A DNA stretch of 64,000 nt from positions 10,283-74,282 of the forward strand of contig CAJUNI010000001.1 in assembly GCA_910587945.1 (NCBI GenBank), in the 5' to 3' direction. This document shows, piece by piece, positions 9,277 through 18,909 of the stretch. The stretch is from an uncultured Parvibacter sp. (GTDB taxonomy: Bacteria; Actinomycetota; Coriobacteriia; Coriobacteriales; Eggerthellaceae). The notes beneath the pieces were generated by a model. It saw only the letters and a program-made list of their open reading frames with translations, was not told where the DNA came from and ran no database searches. The stretch's first letter is position 1, and each line of letters starts with the position of its first letter. A program made the position numbers and the translations under genes.

Positions 9277-9981
9277 TCAAAACAAACCACAGGATTTCAG
9301 GCCAAATATTACTAGTGCCACTAAAGCAAGAAGAAAAACCCAAGCGACAAGATAACAGCCTTTGTTCCTCTTTCGTCCTTGTTCAATAAGCTTGTCACTT
9401 ATTGAACGACGGCATTTGAGTAACGCCATTCCTTTTTGGGGTTTAGGCATAGGTACTGTTTTATCAGGAGACCAGGAACCATCGCTTTCAATGATTTTTT
9501 TAATTCCTTCCGCCTGTAAATTGATTTCAGGACGGATATTATCTTCGATTCTCTTAGAAACACCCGAAATAAAGGTTGTATAAGCCTCTTTGTATGCGGG
9601 ATTGAAAGCAAATACCGCCACTTCGCCCCAGTAATACCCATCGGTTTCTTGTAAGCCTTCTTGAAATTCCGGAGTTTCAGGTAAGTCGGTGAATCCCGAC
9701 TCATTCTGAGGGGATCCTTCACTGTAAGCGACAAACGAAAGTACCGCACAAAGTTCAAGTCCTTCAGCAGCCAACAGACTAAGATGGCGCGAAACAGAAG
9801 GATTTAAAAATCCTACTTTATGGTCAAATTTGTTAACAATCCAAGCGATGTGGACCCCGTCGATAATTTCCAGTTCTAAGCTATAACGATCACCAACGAG
9901 ATTGTCGGCGCCAATTAACCCCGCTGCCGCTTTTCGAGAAAGTGTATGAAAGACTTCGTAAGCGCCGAAATATTCCGTCAT
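9277..9981 (-). CDS. Hypothetical tail-anchored membrane protein
   Basis: 234-aa ORF with a soluble N-terminal domain and a single C-terminal TM (CYLVAWVFLLALVALVIFGL). No family recognised with confidence. Confidence 0.55.
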   Translation of the reverse strand: MTEYFGAYEVFHTLSRKAAAGLIGADNLVGDRYSLELEIIDGVHIAWIVNKFDHKVGFLNPSVSRHLSLLAAEGLELCAVLSFVAYSEGSPQNESGFTDLPETPEFQEGLQETDGYYWGEVAVFAFNPAYKEAYTTFISGVSKRIEDNIRPEINLQAEGIKKIIESDGSWSPDKTVPMPKPQKGMALLKCRRSISDKLIEQGRKRNKGCYLVAWVFLLALVALVIFGLKSCGLF

Positions 9982-10117
9982 GAAGAGTTTCTCCCTAGCT
10001 CCGTTGGTAAAATGGTTAGTTCAGTCTAAAGAACCTCTATTTCCCAATATAGTTAAACGTGCCATAGTTTAGAGGGAAATCAATAGATATCTCTCTAAAT
10101 AAAGGAAGGAACGGCTG

Positions 10118-13100
10118 TTGAATAAAATTTCAGACATGGCACTTTATGTGAGTGATGGAACCCTTCCTGAGATTATTGATAGATACAGTTCTCTCCCCTC
10201 CATTGCGGAAGAACGGGATTTTGGGGTTTATGACCGCAACGTTGTCGTCATAGACACGGAAACAACCGGGGTATCTTTCGCTCACGATGAATTAACCCAA
10301 ATCGCAGCAGCTCGCCTTGAGAAAGGGGAGATTACTGAGTGGTTTGTGACCTTTGTAAATCCTGGGAAGCCTATTTCTGAAGAAATATCCCATCTCACGA
10401 ATATCTTCGATAAAGATGTAGCTGATGCACCCACTCCTCAGGAGTCGTTATGTGATCTGGTGGAGTTTGTGGGGGATGCAAAACTCGTTGCTCATAATGC
10501 CGAGTTTGACCGCACATTTGTTACGCGACACCCGCAAGGGGAGGCGCTACTGAATAACGAGTGGATTGATTCTCTTGAATTAGCACGTATTGCTCTTCCT
10601 CGTATGAAATCCCATCGCCTTATTGACCTTATTTGCGCGTTCCATGGTCCCCTATCCACCCATCGTGCTGACGATGATGTAACGGCAACCTGCGCGTTAT
10701 ATCGGTTTCTTTTAGCGGGTATAACTACCATGCCGCAAATGCTTTTGGAAGCTATTGCGGATATGGCTCCTGCAGAGCTTTGGCCTACGGTGGAAATTTT
10801 CAAATATTTCTCTGAAAAACAATGGGGCACCGGGGTAGGTCTTGGATCCAAAAAGTTATCACTGCGAGCTCTGCGTCATGATCGGCTCGACAACTCTCGT
10901 CGGACTGCAAAGCTAGACGCTGAAAAAATTGCTGCCGGGGAATACGCTCAAGGTGAAGGAGAACATCCTCATCCTTATTTAGAATTTCCCCAAGAGGCAG
11001 AAATTGCGGAAGCGTTTTCCGAGCAGGGGCTTATGGGCTCCCTCTACGACGATTACGAAGCGCGGGACGAGCAGCTTGTATTAGCGACGGCGGTCACTAA
11101 GGCATTTTCCCAATCTACAGAGCTGGTGGCGGAAGCAGGAACGGGAGTAGGTAAATCCATGGCCTATTTACTTCCTGCTGCATTAACCGCGCTTAAGAAT
11201 AATATTACGATCGGCGTTGCTACTAAAACCAATGCACTGCTCGATCAGTTGGTCTATCACGAGCTTCCCCTTCTTAAAGAAGCGCTCTTAAAACAGGGCT
11301 ATGAGATACCCCTTGATTATGTGCCTCTCAAAGGATTTTCCCATTACCCGTGCCTCTTTAAGATCCAGCGGATGGTGGATGAAGGACCGGGCTTGCGGGA
11401 GTTTAATAAGCAGATGTTGACCCAAGCGCCCGCGCTCGCAGGGTTATTGTCGTTTATTGAGCAAACCCGCTATGAGGATCTTGATACCCTCCGCGTAGAT
11501 TTCCGTCTTCTTCCCCGATGGATGATGACCACTACGAGCCATGAGTGTCTGCGGAATAAATGCCCCTTTTTCGGCCAACAATGCTATGTCTTTGGGCGTC
11601 GAAAGGAAGCGGAATCGTCCCACATCGTGGTGACGAATCACAGTCTGTTGTTCTGTGATCTTGCTGCCGATAATGCTCTATTACCTCCCATTCGCTATTG
11701 GGTGGTAGATGAGGCTCATGGAGCCGAAAAAGAAGCGCGTCATGCGTTTTCATTAGAGCTTGATACGGCGGCGCTCTTGCGGCTTGCTAAAAAGGTGTCG
11801 GGAAGCGAAAGCTCCCGCGGGTTATTTACCCGTGCCGAACGTCAGGCGGTAGCCACACAGTCTGAGCAAGGAACCACACTGTTCTACGGACTGACGAATA
11901 AAGCCCGATCAGCGGGTCAGGATTTCTCTAAGGAAGTGGAAATCTTTAGTGCGGCAATTCCGGATTTGCTGTATTTCGAAAGCCGCCAACGAACGAGCAA
12001 ATCCTATGAAACGGTCGAGCTTTGGTTAAATGACGAGATCCGGGCTTCCGAAAAATTCCGCGCTATTGCCGAGCTCGGGAAACGCCTGGTGGAAAAAGCA
12101 GAAGCTCTCGTCCGTGCCTGCCAGGATATCGTGGCCTATCTGGAGGACGTGGAAGGATGTGCCCCGATACAACGCGAAATTGCCTCGGTGGCTCTTGAGC
12201 TAAAAGATGTGATCAACGCAGCAGATGTCATCCTCTTCTCCCAAAGCGAGCGCTATGTCTACTCGGCGATTCTGAATAAAAAGAAAGACAAAGAAGCTAA
12301 TAAGCTCTTAGCGCTTCTATTTAACGTGGGACAAACCCTCGATGAAACACTCTACGCGCAAACCCATTCAGTGGTGTACACCTCAGCCACCCTTGCTATC
12401 GATGGGAAATTTACAGCATTTGAGCAGGCTATGGGCCTTGGTGGTCAAGCGGGCGTTCCCACTAACGAGCTTCTCCTTGATTCCAGTTATGATTTCGATA
12501 ATCACATGCGCATCTTTGTGCTCACTGATATGCCGGAGCCAAACGACCCTGGGTATTTGGCGGCGCTTCAGCGGCTCCTTATTGCCGCTCATAAAGCCCA
12601 ACAGGGTTCCATGCTCACCCTCTTTACGAATAGACGTGAGATGGAATCCTGTTATGACGTGGTAAAGGCCGCCTTAAAAGAGGATGACCTTCGGGTCCTC
12701 TGTCAAAAATGGGGGCTTACCGTAAAGGGTCTTCGGGATGAGTTTATTGCCGATGAACATCTTTCTTTATTCGCATTGAAGAGCTTTTGGGAAGGGTTTG
12801 ATGCTCCCGGAGCAACCCTTAAAGGGGTTATTATTCCTAAGCTTCCCTTCGCTTTACCGACAGACCCTCTTTCCTGTGAGCGCTCCGCCCGGGAAGATGG
12901 CGCCTGGAGTAAATATGTGTTGCCGGCAGCGGTAATGGAAACAAAGCAGGCAGCAGGTCGTTTGATTCGCAAAGCCGATGATGAGGGTGCGGTTATTCTT
13001 GCAGACCGGCGCCTCATTTCCAAAGGCTATGGGAAAACGTTCTTACGCTCTCTCCCAAGCCGCAATATTACCCAATGTACCATCGACGAACTGGCTCAGT

Positions 13101-13126
13101 ATTTGAGCCCCTCAACCACGATCTAA
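10118..13126 (+). CDS. dinG: DinG-family ATP-dependent helicase fused to an N-terminal DnaQ-like 3'-5' exonuclease
   Basis: Exonuclease motifs VVVIDTETTG, AHNAEFDRTF and HRADDDVTAT. Helicase Walker A AGTGVGKS and DEAH box VVDEAHG. Four Cys (YPC ... HEC-x4-C-x6-C) sit in the Fe-S position of XPD/DinG helicases. Confidence 0.88.
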   Translation: MNKISDMALYVSDGTLPEIIDRYSSLPSIAEERDFGVYDRNVVVIDTETTGVSFAHDELTQIAAARLEKGEITEWFVTFVNPGKPISEEISHLTNIFDKDVADAPTPQESLCDLVEFVGDAKLVAHNAEFDRTFVTRHPQGEALLNNEWIDSLELARIALPRMKSHRLIDLICAFHGPLSTHRADDDVTATCALYRFLLAGITTMPQMLLEAIADMAPAELWPTVEIFKYFSEKQWGTGVGLGSKKLSLRALRHDRLDNSRRTAKLDAEKIAAGEYAQGEGEHPHPYLEFPQEAEIAEAFSEQGLMGSLYDDYEARDEQLVLATAVTKAFSQSTELVAEAGTGVGKSMAYLLPAALTALKNNITIGVATKTNALLDQLVYHELPLLKEALLKQGYEIPLDYVPLKGFSHYPCLFKIQRMVDEGPGLREFNKQMLTQAPALAGLLSFIEQTRYEDLDTLRVDFRLLPRWMMTTTSHECLRNKCPFFGQQCYVFGRRKEAESSHIVVTNHSLLFCDLAADNALLPPIRYWVVDEAHGAEKEARHAFSLELDTAALLRLAKKVSGSESSRGLFTRAERQAVATQSEQGTTLFYGLTNKARSAGQDFSKEVEIFSAAIPDLLYFESRQRTSKSYETVELWLNDEIRASEKFRAIAELGKRLVEKAEALVRACQDIVAYLEDVEGCAPIQREIASVALELKDVINAADVILFSQSERYVYSAILNKKKDKEANKLLALLFNVGQTLDETLYAQTHSVVYTSATLAIDGKFTAFEQAMGLGGQAGVPTNELLLDSSYDFDNHMRIFVLTDMPEPNDPGYLAALQRLLIAAHKAQQGSMLTLFTNRREMESCYDVVKAALKEDDLRVLCQKWGLTVKGLRDEFIADEHLSLFALKSFWEGFDAPGATLKGVIIPKLPFALPTDPLSCERSAREDGAWSKYVLPAAVMETKQAAGRLIRKADDEGAVILADRRLISKGYGKTFLRSLPSRNITQCTIDELAQYLSPSTTI

Positions 13127-13133
13127 TCAGCCT

Positions 13134-14288
13134 ATGTTTCGCCGTACGAAGACATCACACGCAGCGCATATCAAGCGCAACACCGTTGGAACCTCCAACG
13201 AGTTGTCTTTTGATGTTTTGGATGCGGCGAAAAATGCGCTGGATGGATCATTAAGCCAGCCTTCAACGGCGCGTCCGAGGCCGGGTGTTGTGGGGATTGA
13301 AAGTTCTAAAGGCTGGGAAGTTCCCCACGATGAGATTAAGCAGCGCAAAGCCCGTCGCCAGAAGCATCGGTTAATGACACTGGTGCTTACGCTAGTTGTT
13401 TTAGTGGCTATTGGGGCTTTAGGAATTACTGCACTGCGCACCTTCCTTACTCATCAAGGTGACACTCGATCTCTTTTGGTCGAGCAGCTTGAGGTGATCG
13501 AAGCCACCGATAGTGATTTAGTAGCCCTTGATGGACTTATCATTGATTTGAGCACGGCGACACTTCCTGCTGAGCCGCTTCCTTCCCAAGAGGAAATTCT
13601 CCAACGAACTCAGGCGGCCACGCAGCTTCTTCAACAATCCGAAGAGACAATTCAGTCCCTTATTCCTGATTTAGTGATTGCAGAAGACAAGGAAGCAGCA
13701 AGCCAAGCTATCAGTGCTATTGATGCTCGATTGGTTATGTTAGAAACCACCGATGACCTGGCCGCCATTCTTATTCCTGCCGCGCAAAATCAACAGGCCT
13801 TTAATCAAGCCTGGACCACGGTGATAGAAGCCGACGAGTTGGCAAAAGAGGCCATGGAAACCGGCCAAGCCATGACATCAGAGACAGTGGGGGCTTCAAA
13901 AGACCAAAGTGAGCGAGCACTTGAGCGGTTTATTGAAGCCCGGGATGCTATGCAGGCTATAGCCACGTCGGTTTATCTTCCCGAGCTGGATGCCTATATT
14001 GCCTACGTCCAGCTGCGTATTGAAGCTATGAGCGCAGCCATTGCTGCTGATCAAGCCTACCTCGATAGAGATAGCCAAACACTCCAGGAAGAAAACGATC
14101 GCTATAACACATTAGATGTTCAAGCGGTAAGCGCGTATAGTCAGTTATCGCCCTCTACCTCGACATTTATTCTTGAACAGGCGGATCAGCAAGCAGCAAC
14201 GCTCATGGAGCGCTACCAGGCGGAGCGTCAACGAGCAGGCACGGCGGACTCGTTTATCCGGGAATATTTAGGGAAGGATGACGAATAA
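13134..14288 (+). CDS. Hypothetical single-pass membrane protein with a long helical, Ala/Gln/Glu-rich ectodomain
   Basis: 384-aa ORF. A basic N-terminus is followed by TM LMTLVLTLVVLVAIGALGITAL and then helix-prone sequence. No family recognised. Confidence 0.55.
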   Translation: MFRRTKTSHAAHIKRNTVGTSNELSFDVLDAAKNALDGSLSQPSTARPRPGVVGIESSKGWEVPHDEIKQRKARRQKHRLMTLVLTLVVLVAIGALGITALRTFLTHQGDTRSLLVEQLEVIEATDSDLVALDGLIIDLSTATLPAEPLPSQEEILQRTQAATQLLQQSEETIQSLIPDLVIAEDKEAASQAISAIDARLVMLETTDDLAAILIPAAQNQQAFNQAWTTVIEADELAKEAMETGQAMTSETVGASKDQSERALERFIEARDAMQAIATSVYLPELDAYIAYVQLRIEAMSAAIAADQAYLDRDSQTLQEENDRYNTLDVQAVSAYSQLSPSTSTFILEQADQQAATLMERYQAERQRAGTADSFIREYLGKDDE

Positions 14289-14351
14289 GCCTGTAATTTG
14301 GATAATTTCGCCTATACTTAAACAGATTATGCCCGATCAGCTTTCATAGAG

Positions 14352-14867
14352 ATGAGCGAAAGGCGCACCATGGCCGATCTATATGAGCGCATTACCTATT
14401 TGTCCCAGACGGTGGGGCCTCGTCCTGCGGGAACCGAGGAAGAGCAGCAGGCTGCTCTTTATATTACGGAGTCATTGCGCGAAGACGCTGGGTTACCAGC
14501 GGTAATTGAAGATTTTAATTGCAACCCGGATTATGACCTTACCAAAGGAATTCTTTCGGGAGTTGCCCTAGTCTGTGGCATTCTGTCTGTCTTAGCGTCC
14601 ATGCTGGCTATTCCGTTGTTGCTTATTTCGATAGTGGCTGCTGCGCTCTTTATTATGGAAAGCCTCGGTAAACCGATTATTTCTCAATCCTTTGCAAAAG
14701 GAGCCAGTCAGAACGTCGTGGCAAAATACGAGCCCCTTCTGGCTGAAGGAGTGTCAAGTCGGCGTCGCAAAATCATCGTGGTCGCTCATTATGATTCGGG
14801 AAAAATTCAACCCGAGCTTACTCCCCTCGGCATTAAGGCGCTTCCATTATTCAGTGGGCTGCGTTAG
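14352..14867 (+). CDS. M28 peptidase-like protein, N-terminal fragment (possible frameshifted half of one gene)
   Basis: Contains RPAGTEEEQQAALYITESL and NVVAKYEP...KIIVVAHYDS, which match M28 N-terminal blocks, with a TM insertion between them. Ends at TAG 14865-14867, while the next ORF's frame is already open from 14837. Confidence 0.6.
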   Translation: MSERRTMADLYERITYLSQTVGPRPAGTEEEQQAALYITESLREDAGLPAVIEDFNCNPDYDLTKGILSGVALVCGILSVLASMLAIPLLLISIVAAALFIMESLGKPIISQSFAKGASQNVVAKYEPLLAEGVSSRRRKIIVVAHYDSGKIQPELTPLGIKALPLFSGLR

Positions 14868-14872
14868 CTGCG

Positions 14873-17650
14873 ATGGTTGCCGTGCCCGTGTTTATCTTGA
14901 TTCAAATGGGAACAGCAGGGGAGGCGGGCTCCCCTCTCGCAGTTCGCGTACTGACCATTATTGTGTCGTTGATTGCGGTGTGCCCGCTAGGGCTCACGAT
15001 CCTTCATAAAGTTTCAAACTACAACAATGGCGCTAACTGCAACGCCGCTGGTGTGTCCGTCATGATGGAAGCCGCTTCCATCATTTCGCGTGGTGGCGCG
15101 GTGCCCTTTAGTGCAGATGGTACTCCGATCATTCATGACGAAGCAGCTGCTCGTGCGGCAGGCGTAGTACCTGACGGAGCGGAGCTTGTCTATGAGGCTT
15201 CGGGTCAGGGAACCCAAGATTCTGCAGCCGATCGACTCAAATCCGCCAAGGCAGCTATTGCAGCGCTCACGGGTCGTCCGGTGAGTGATGAGGTGAGCCT
15301 CGATCTCTCCGAAGAAATGCCGGGTGCGGGTTCTTCTTCTGCTCAAACAGAGGATACGTATACAGACGCTTCGGAAGAGGGAGTGGAAGTTCCTGGCGAT
15401 GCCGGTGCTGAGGGCGCTGTCGTTCTAGATAATCAAGAAGGATCCAACCCGGCTGAGTCCCAAGAAGCGAATAACGCGGCTGATGGTGGGGTTCGTGAAA
15501 CCGCAGAGCTGGGAGTTGTTGCTGCGGCCGCCCCTGCGAGCATCTTTGCTGTTCCTCAACAGGAGGCTAGCCCTGCGGTGCCTGATTGGTTTAAGGCAGC
15601 CCAAGAAAAAGCCAAGCGTAATGCGGCACCGAAAGAAGTGACGGTCCAACGTTCAAAGTTCGCCACCGCTCTTGAAGCCGCCGAAAAAGAAACTCAAACT
15701 CAAGAAGAAGAAAAAGAATCCATCGCATCGGCTACCGAACAGCGTTTAGCCCAAATGCGGGAATCCATCATGGAAGTGAAAGCCCCGGCCTTCGCTTCCC
15801 TGCGCGAAGAAGAACCAGTCGCAGAAGCGGAAATGGCACCGACGACGCCCCAGGAAACGGTGGAAGAAGAAGCGCCAGTTTCCGGTGAGGTGACACCCTC
15901 GTCTCCGAGCAATTCTTCAGGCCTTAACCTGCCGACCATTGCGCTCGAAGAAACAACTTCTGAGGCCAAAAAACCCTCCGAATCTTCTCCTCTGGCAGCC
16001 ACCATTCCGGATCCTTCCAGTTCACTCTCGGATGAGAACATTACCTACCGTGCTCCTCGCCGGCCGTTAAGCGAAACCGTGCCCGTTCCCGATGTGGAAG
16101 CGGCGGCGGCAGAAGCCGAGCGCCAGGCAGCCGAGCGCCGGGCTCAGGCCTCCCAGCTGTCTGCAGTTATTCCGTCTATTCAGACGGAAGAAGCGGTCGC
16201 ACCGTTGCCAAGCAATAGGATTCCGGATCCGCGAGCCTCTAAGCACGCTCGCCGCGCCATGGATCTTCCGTCCATTGCGGAACCGGCTGCTGAGCTTGCC
16301 CCGCTTGAAGAACTCACGAAACAGCATGCGCCCCTCGATGAAGAACGGGGCGACGTTAACGAACGGACGCGCGCTCTTCGCGCAGTGCCTTCGGTAGAGG
16401 GACGTCGGGCTTCCTCTGACTATGCCGAGCGGGTTAATCAAGCCCACCGCACCCTTCGCGAAACACTTCCTTCTCGTTCCGGGATTCTGGAACCGCAAAT
16501 GCAAGAAGAAGAGCCTGTAGAAGAAACGCTTTCCGAGAATGTAGCAGTAGCAGGGTCGTTCGCCGTTGCAGGCGGCACAGGGGCCTTCGCACCGGTAGGA
16601 GATGAGTTAATCGAGGATGTGGCTCCCGAAGAACTCTACATCGAGGATGCCGATGACTCGGATTATGAGACAAGCATTACTGAGTCGGGTGCGTTCTCAG
16701 GCCCGGGCTATGTGGAGATGCCGAAATCACGGATGTCTCGCATCTTCGATCGCTTCCGCCACAAGAAACAGGACGATATTGAAGTTACACCGCAACAATG
16801 GCTGGATGTGGATGAAGAGTTCGATGCTCGCTCCGTAGGCAAAGCTCGCGGTGGCTGGGAAAGCTTCCAACAAGAAGACACCTACGAGGAATCCTCCTAT
16901 GAGGAGCGCAGCTCTTGGGATGACGGGGATGATTGGGGTGCGTCTCCTGATGCTACGATTCGTTTTGACGCGTCCTACGATGAGGCCTTTGCGGATCAAG
17001 AGGACTTCGACTACGAAGAGCCCAGATCTCGTCGTCGCTCCCGGTCTTCGCGGCGCTACGAAGGCGGCGCATTCTCTCGGGATCAGCTCGGTCGAATTTC
17101 GACGCGCTCTGGTGAGGAAGCTCCGGAAGATATCTACCAGGAAGAATTGCCGCAAGAGGAAGACTATCTCGCGGATACCTATGAGCGGATTCATGAATTT
17201 AGTGCGCCTACGGTCAATACGGAAGTTTGGTTTGTTGCTCTAGGTTCTGAGCTTGCCGGCAATGGTGGCATGAAAGCATTCCTGAAAGAACATAGCGCCG
17301 AAATGCGTGGCGCCATTGTGATCGATGTCGAAGGATTAGGTGCCGGTACCCTTTCCCTCATTGAGAAGGAAGGCATGTATCTGCCAAAGGCCTCTTCTTC
17401 TCGTATGAAGAGACTCGTGCGTAAAGCTTCCCAAGCCGTCGGGTTCTCAGTAGGCAGCGCTACGGAGCTTTGGAAAGATTCAGCGGCCTGTTGCGCCATG
17501 CGTCACGGGGTTCAAGCGCTCCATATTGCGGGCATCGAAGCTGACAAGCCGGCCTATTGCGGGCAGAAGGATGACGTTGTTGAGAACCTGTCCCCTGAGG
17601 ACTTGCAGGCCAACACTGAATTCCTTGTGCAGCTCATTGCCAGTATTTAG
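14873..17650 (+). CDS. M28 peptidase-like membrane protein, C-terminal part, with a roughly 600-aa acidic/Pro/Ala/Ser-rich disordered insertion
   Basis: TM segments, then NNGANCNAAGVSVMMEAA (resembles the GAxDNASG block). A low-complexity stretch follows, then VWFVALGSELAGNGGMKAF, AIVIDVEGLG and a C-terminal block. Confidence 0.65.
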   Translation: MVAVPVFILIQMGTAGEAGSPLAVRVLTIIVSLIAVCPLGLTILHKVSNYNNGANCNAAGVSVMMEAASIISRGGAVPFSADGTPIIHDEAAARAAGVVPDGAELVYEASGQGTQDSAADRLKSAKAAIAALTGRPVSDEVSLDLSEEMPGAGSSSAQTEDTYTDASEEGVEVPGDAGAEGAVVLDNQEGSNPAESQEANNAADGGVRETAELGVVAAAAPASIFAVPQQEASPAVPDWFKAAQEKAKRNAAPKEVTVQRSKFATALEAAEKETQTQEEEKESIASATEQRLAQMRESIMEVKAPAFASLREEEPVAEAEMAPTTPQETVEEEAPVSGEVTPSSPSNSSGLNLPTIALEETTSEAKKPSESSPLAATIPDPSSSLSDENITYRAPRRPLSETVPVPDVEAAAAEAERQAAERRAQASQLSAVIPSIQTEEAVAPLPSNRIPDPRASKHARRAMDLPSIAEPAAELAPLEELTKQHAPLDEERGDVNERTRALRAVPSVEGRRASSDYAERVNQAHRTLRETLPSRSGILEPQMQEEEPVEETLSENVAVAGSFAVAGGTGAFAPVGDELIEDVAPEELYIEDADDSDYETSITESGAFSGPGYVEMPKSRMSRIFDRFRHKKQDDIEVTPQQWLDVDEEFDARSVGKARGGWESFQQEDTYEESSYEERSSWDDGDDWGASPDATIRFDASYDEAFADQEDFDYEEPRSRRRSRSSRRYEGGAFSRDQLGRISTRSGEEAPEDIYQEELPQEEDYLADTYERIHEFSAPTVNTEVWFVALGSELAGNGGMKAFLKEHSAEMRGAIVIDVEGLGAGTLSLIEKEGMYLPKASSSRMKRLVRKASQAVGFSVGSATELWKDSAACCAMRHGVQALHIAGIEADKPAYCGQKDDVVENLSPEDLQANTEFLVQLIASI

Positions 17651-17670
17651 CCTGGAATAAAGAGAAAACG

Positions 17671-18591
17671 CTAGGATTGAGCCACGAGGGAATTCGCTTG
17701 AATGACCTCGTGGAGCTTTTCGATGTAGCGCGAAAGTAATGGTCCGGCTTGTCGTTCCCGGTGCATGATATAACCCACTTCCATCGGCTCATCCACCTCA
17801 AGCGGAATGGAAGCAATTCCCGAATGCATTTCTGCAGACAGCACACCCGTTGAGAGGGTGTAGCTATGGTGGTGGGTCAAAAGGTTAGTGAGCGTGCCGC
17901 GATCGGAAATGCGAATGTTGCGCTTGTGGGGCAAGTAAGAAAGCGGCTCTTCGGCATAGTAGAACGAATTGGTAGTTCCTTGCTCAAAGGAAATACGCGG
18001 GTATTCTTCAAGATCTTCTACCGTGAGAGTCTTGTGATGAGCTAACGGGTGGTCCTCCTTTAAGAACACATGGACACTGGCCGTGAATAGTGGATGAAAC
18101 TCAACGTTGGCATCGTCAAAGGCTTTACTGAGAACGCGACGATTGAAATCATCCAGATAGAGAATACCAACCTGACTTCTGAAGGTGCGCACATCATCAA
18201 TGATCTGGCCGGTGGCACATTCGCGAAGGGTGAAATCATATTCATCGCCAGGATATTCATCGGCCACTTGCATAAACGCTAGAAGACTGAAGTAGTAGTG
18301 CTGGGTAGACACCGCCAGTTGGGCATGACTGGCTTCGCCGCCGGCATATCGCTCTTCAAGCATGTCGGCTTGCTCCACCACTTGGCGGGCGTAGCCTAAT
18401 AACTCAGTGCCGTCGTTGGTGAGGGTGACCCCCCGGTTGCTGCGCACAAAGATAGTGATGCCTAGTTCCCGCTCGAGTTCTTTCACGGCCGTGGAGAGAT
18501 TGGATTGAGCGGTATATAAGTTTTGGGCCGCGCCATTTATAGAGCCGTATTCAGCAATAGCAATGAGATAACGAAGTTGTTGAAGGGTCAT
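17671..18591 (-). CDS. LysR-family transcriptional regulator
   Basis: N-terminal wHTH MTLQQLRYLIAIAEYGSINGAAQNLYTAQSNLSTAVKELERELG plus a LysR substrate-binding domain. Divergent from the paaK-like gene. Confidence 0.9.
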   Translation of the reverse strand: MTLQQLRYLIAIAEYGSINGAAQNLYTAQSNLSTAVKELERELGITIFVRSNRGVTLTNDGTELLGYARQVVEQADMLEERYAGGEASHAQLAVSTQHYYFSLLAFMQVADEYPGDEYDFTLRECATGQIIDDVRTFRSQVGILYLDDFNRRVLSKAFDDANVEFHPLFTASVHVFLKEDHPLAHHKTLTVEDLEEYPRISFEQGTTNSFYYAEEPLSYLPHKRNIRISDRGTLTNLLTHHHSYTLSTGVLSAEMHSGIASIPLEVDEPMEVGYIMHRERQAGPLLSRYIEKLHEVIQANSLVAQS

Positions 18592-18909
18592 GGGGCTACC
18601 TTCTTAGGTTTCAAGCGAAGGGAAGGGCGTATGTAACGGAGCCGATAATACCCCTTCTCCGAACTATACATTGGAAAAACCCGTAATTGGGTTATCGGTA
18701 TTATAGATAGCAACTCATCAAAACTGTGAATGACGAAACCCCTTGTCCAAACTTTCATTCAATGGTTTCATAGCCCTTGCAGTTTTGCACCTGACGCGCC
18801 GGCGGTCGTCCTTCCAAGACCCCGGCGTGTTGTATGAGAACTGTGGCGGCGAAGGCGGTTTGCCTTGCCACCAGGTACGGACCATCGCACTATCAAAAAG
18901 GAGCCGAAC

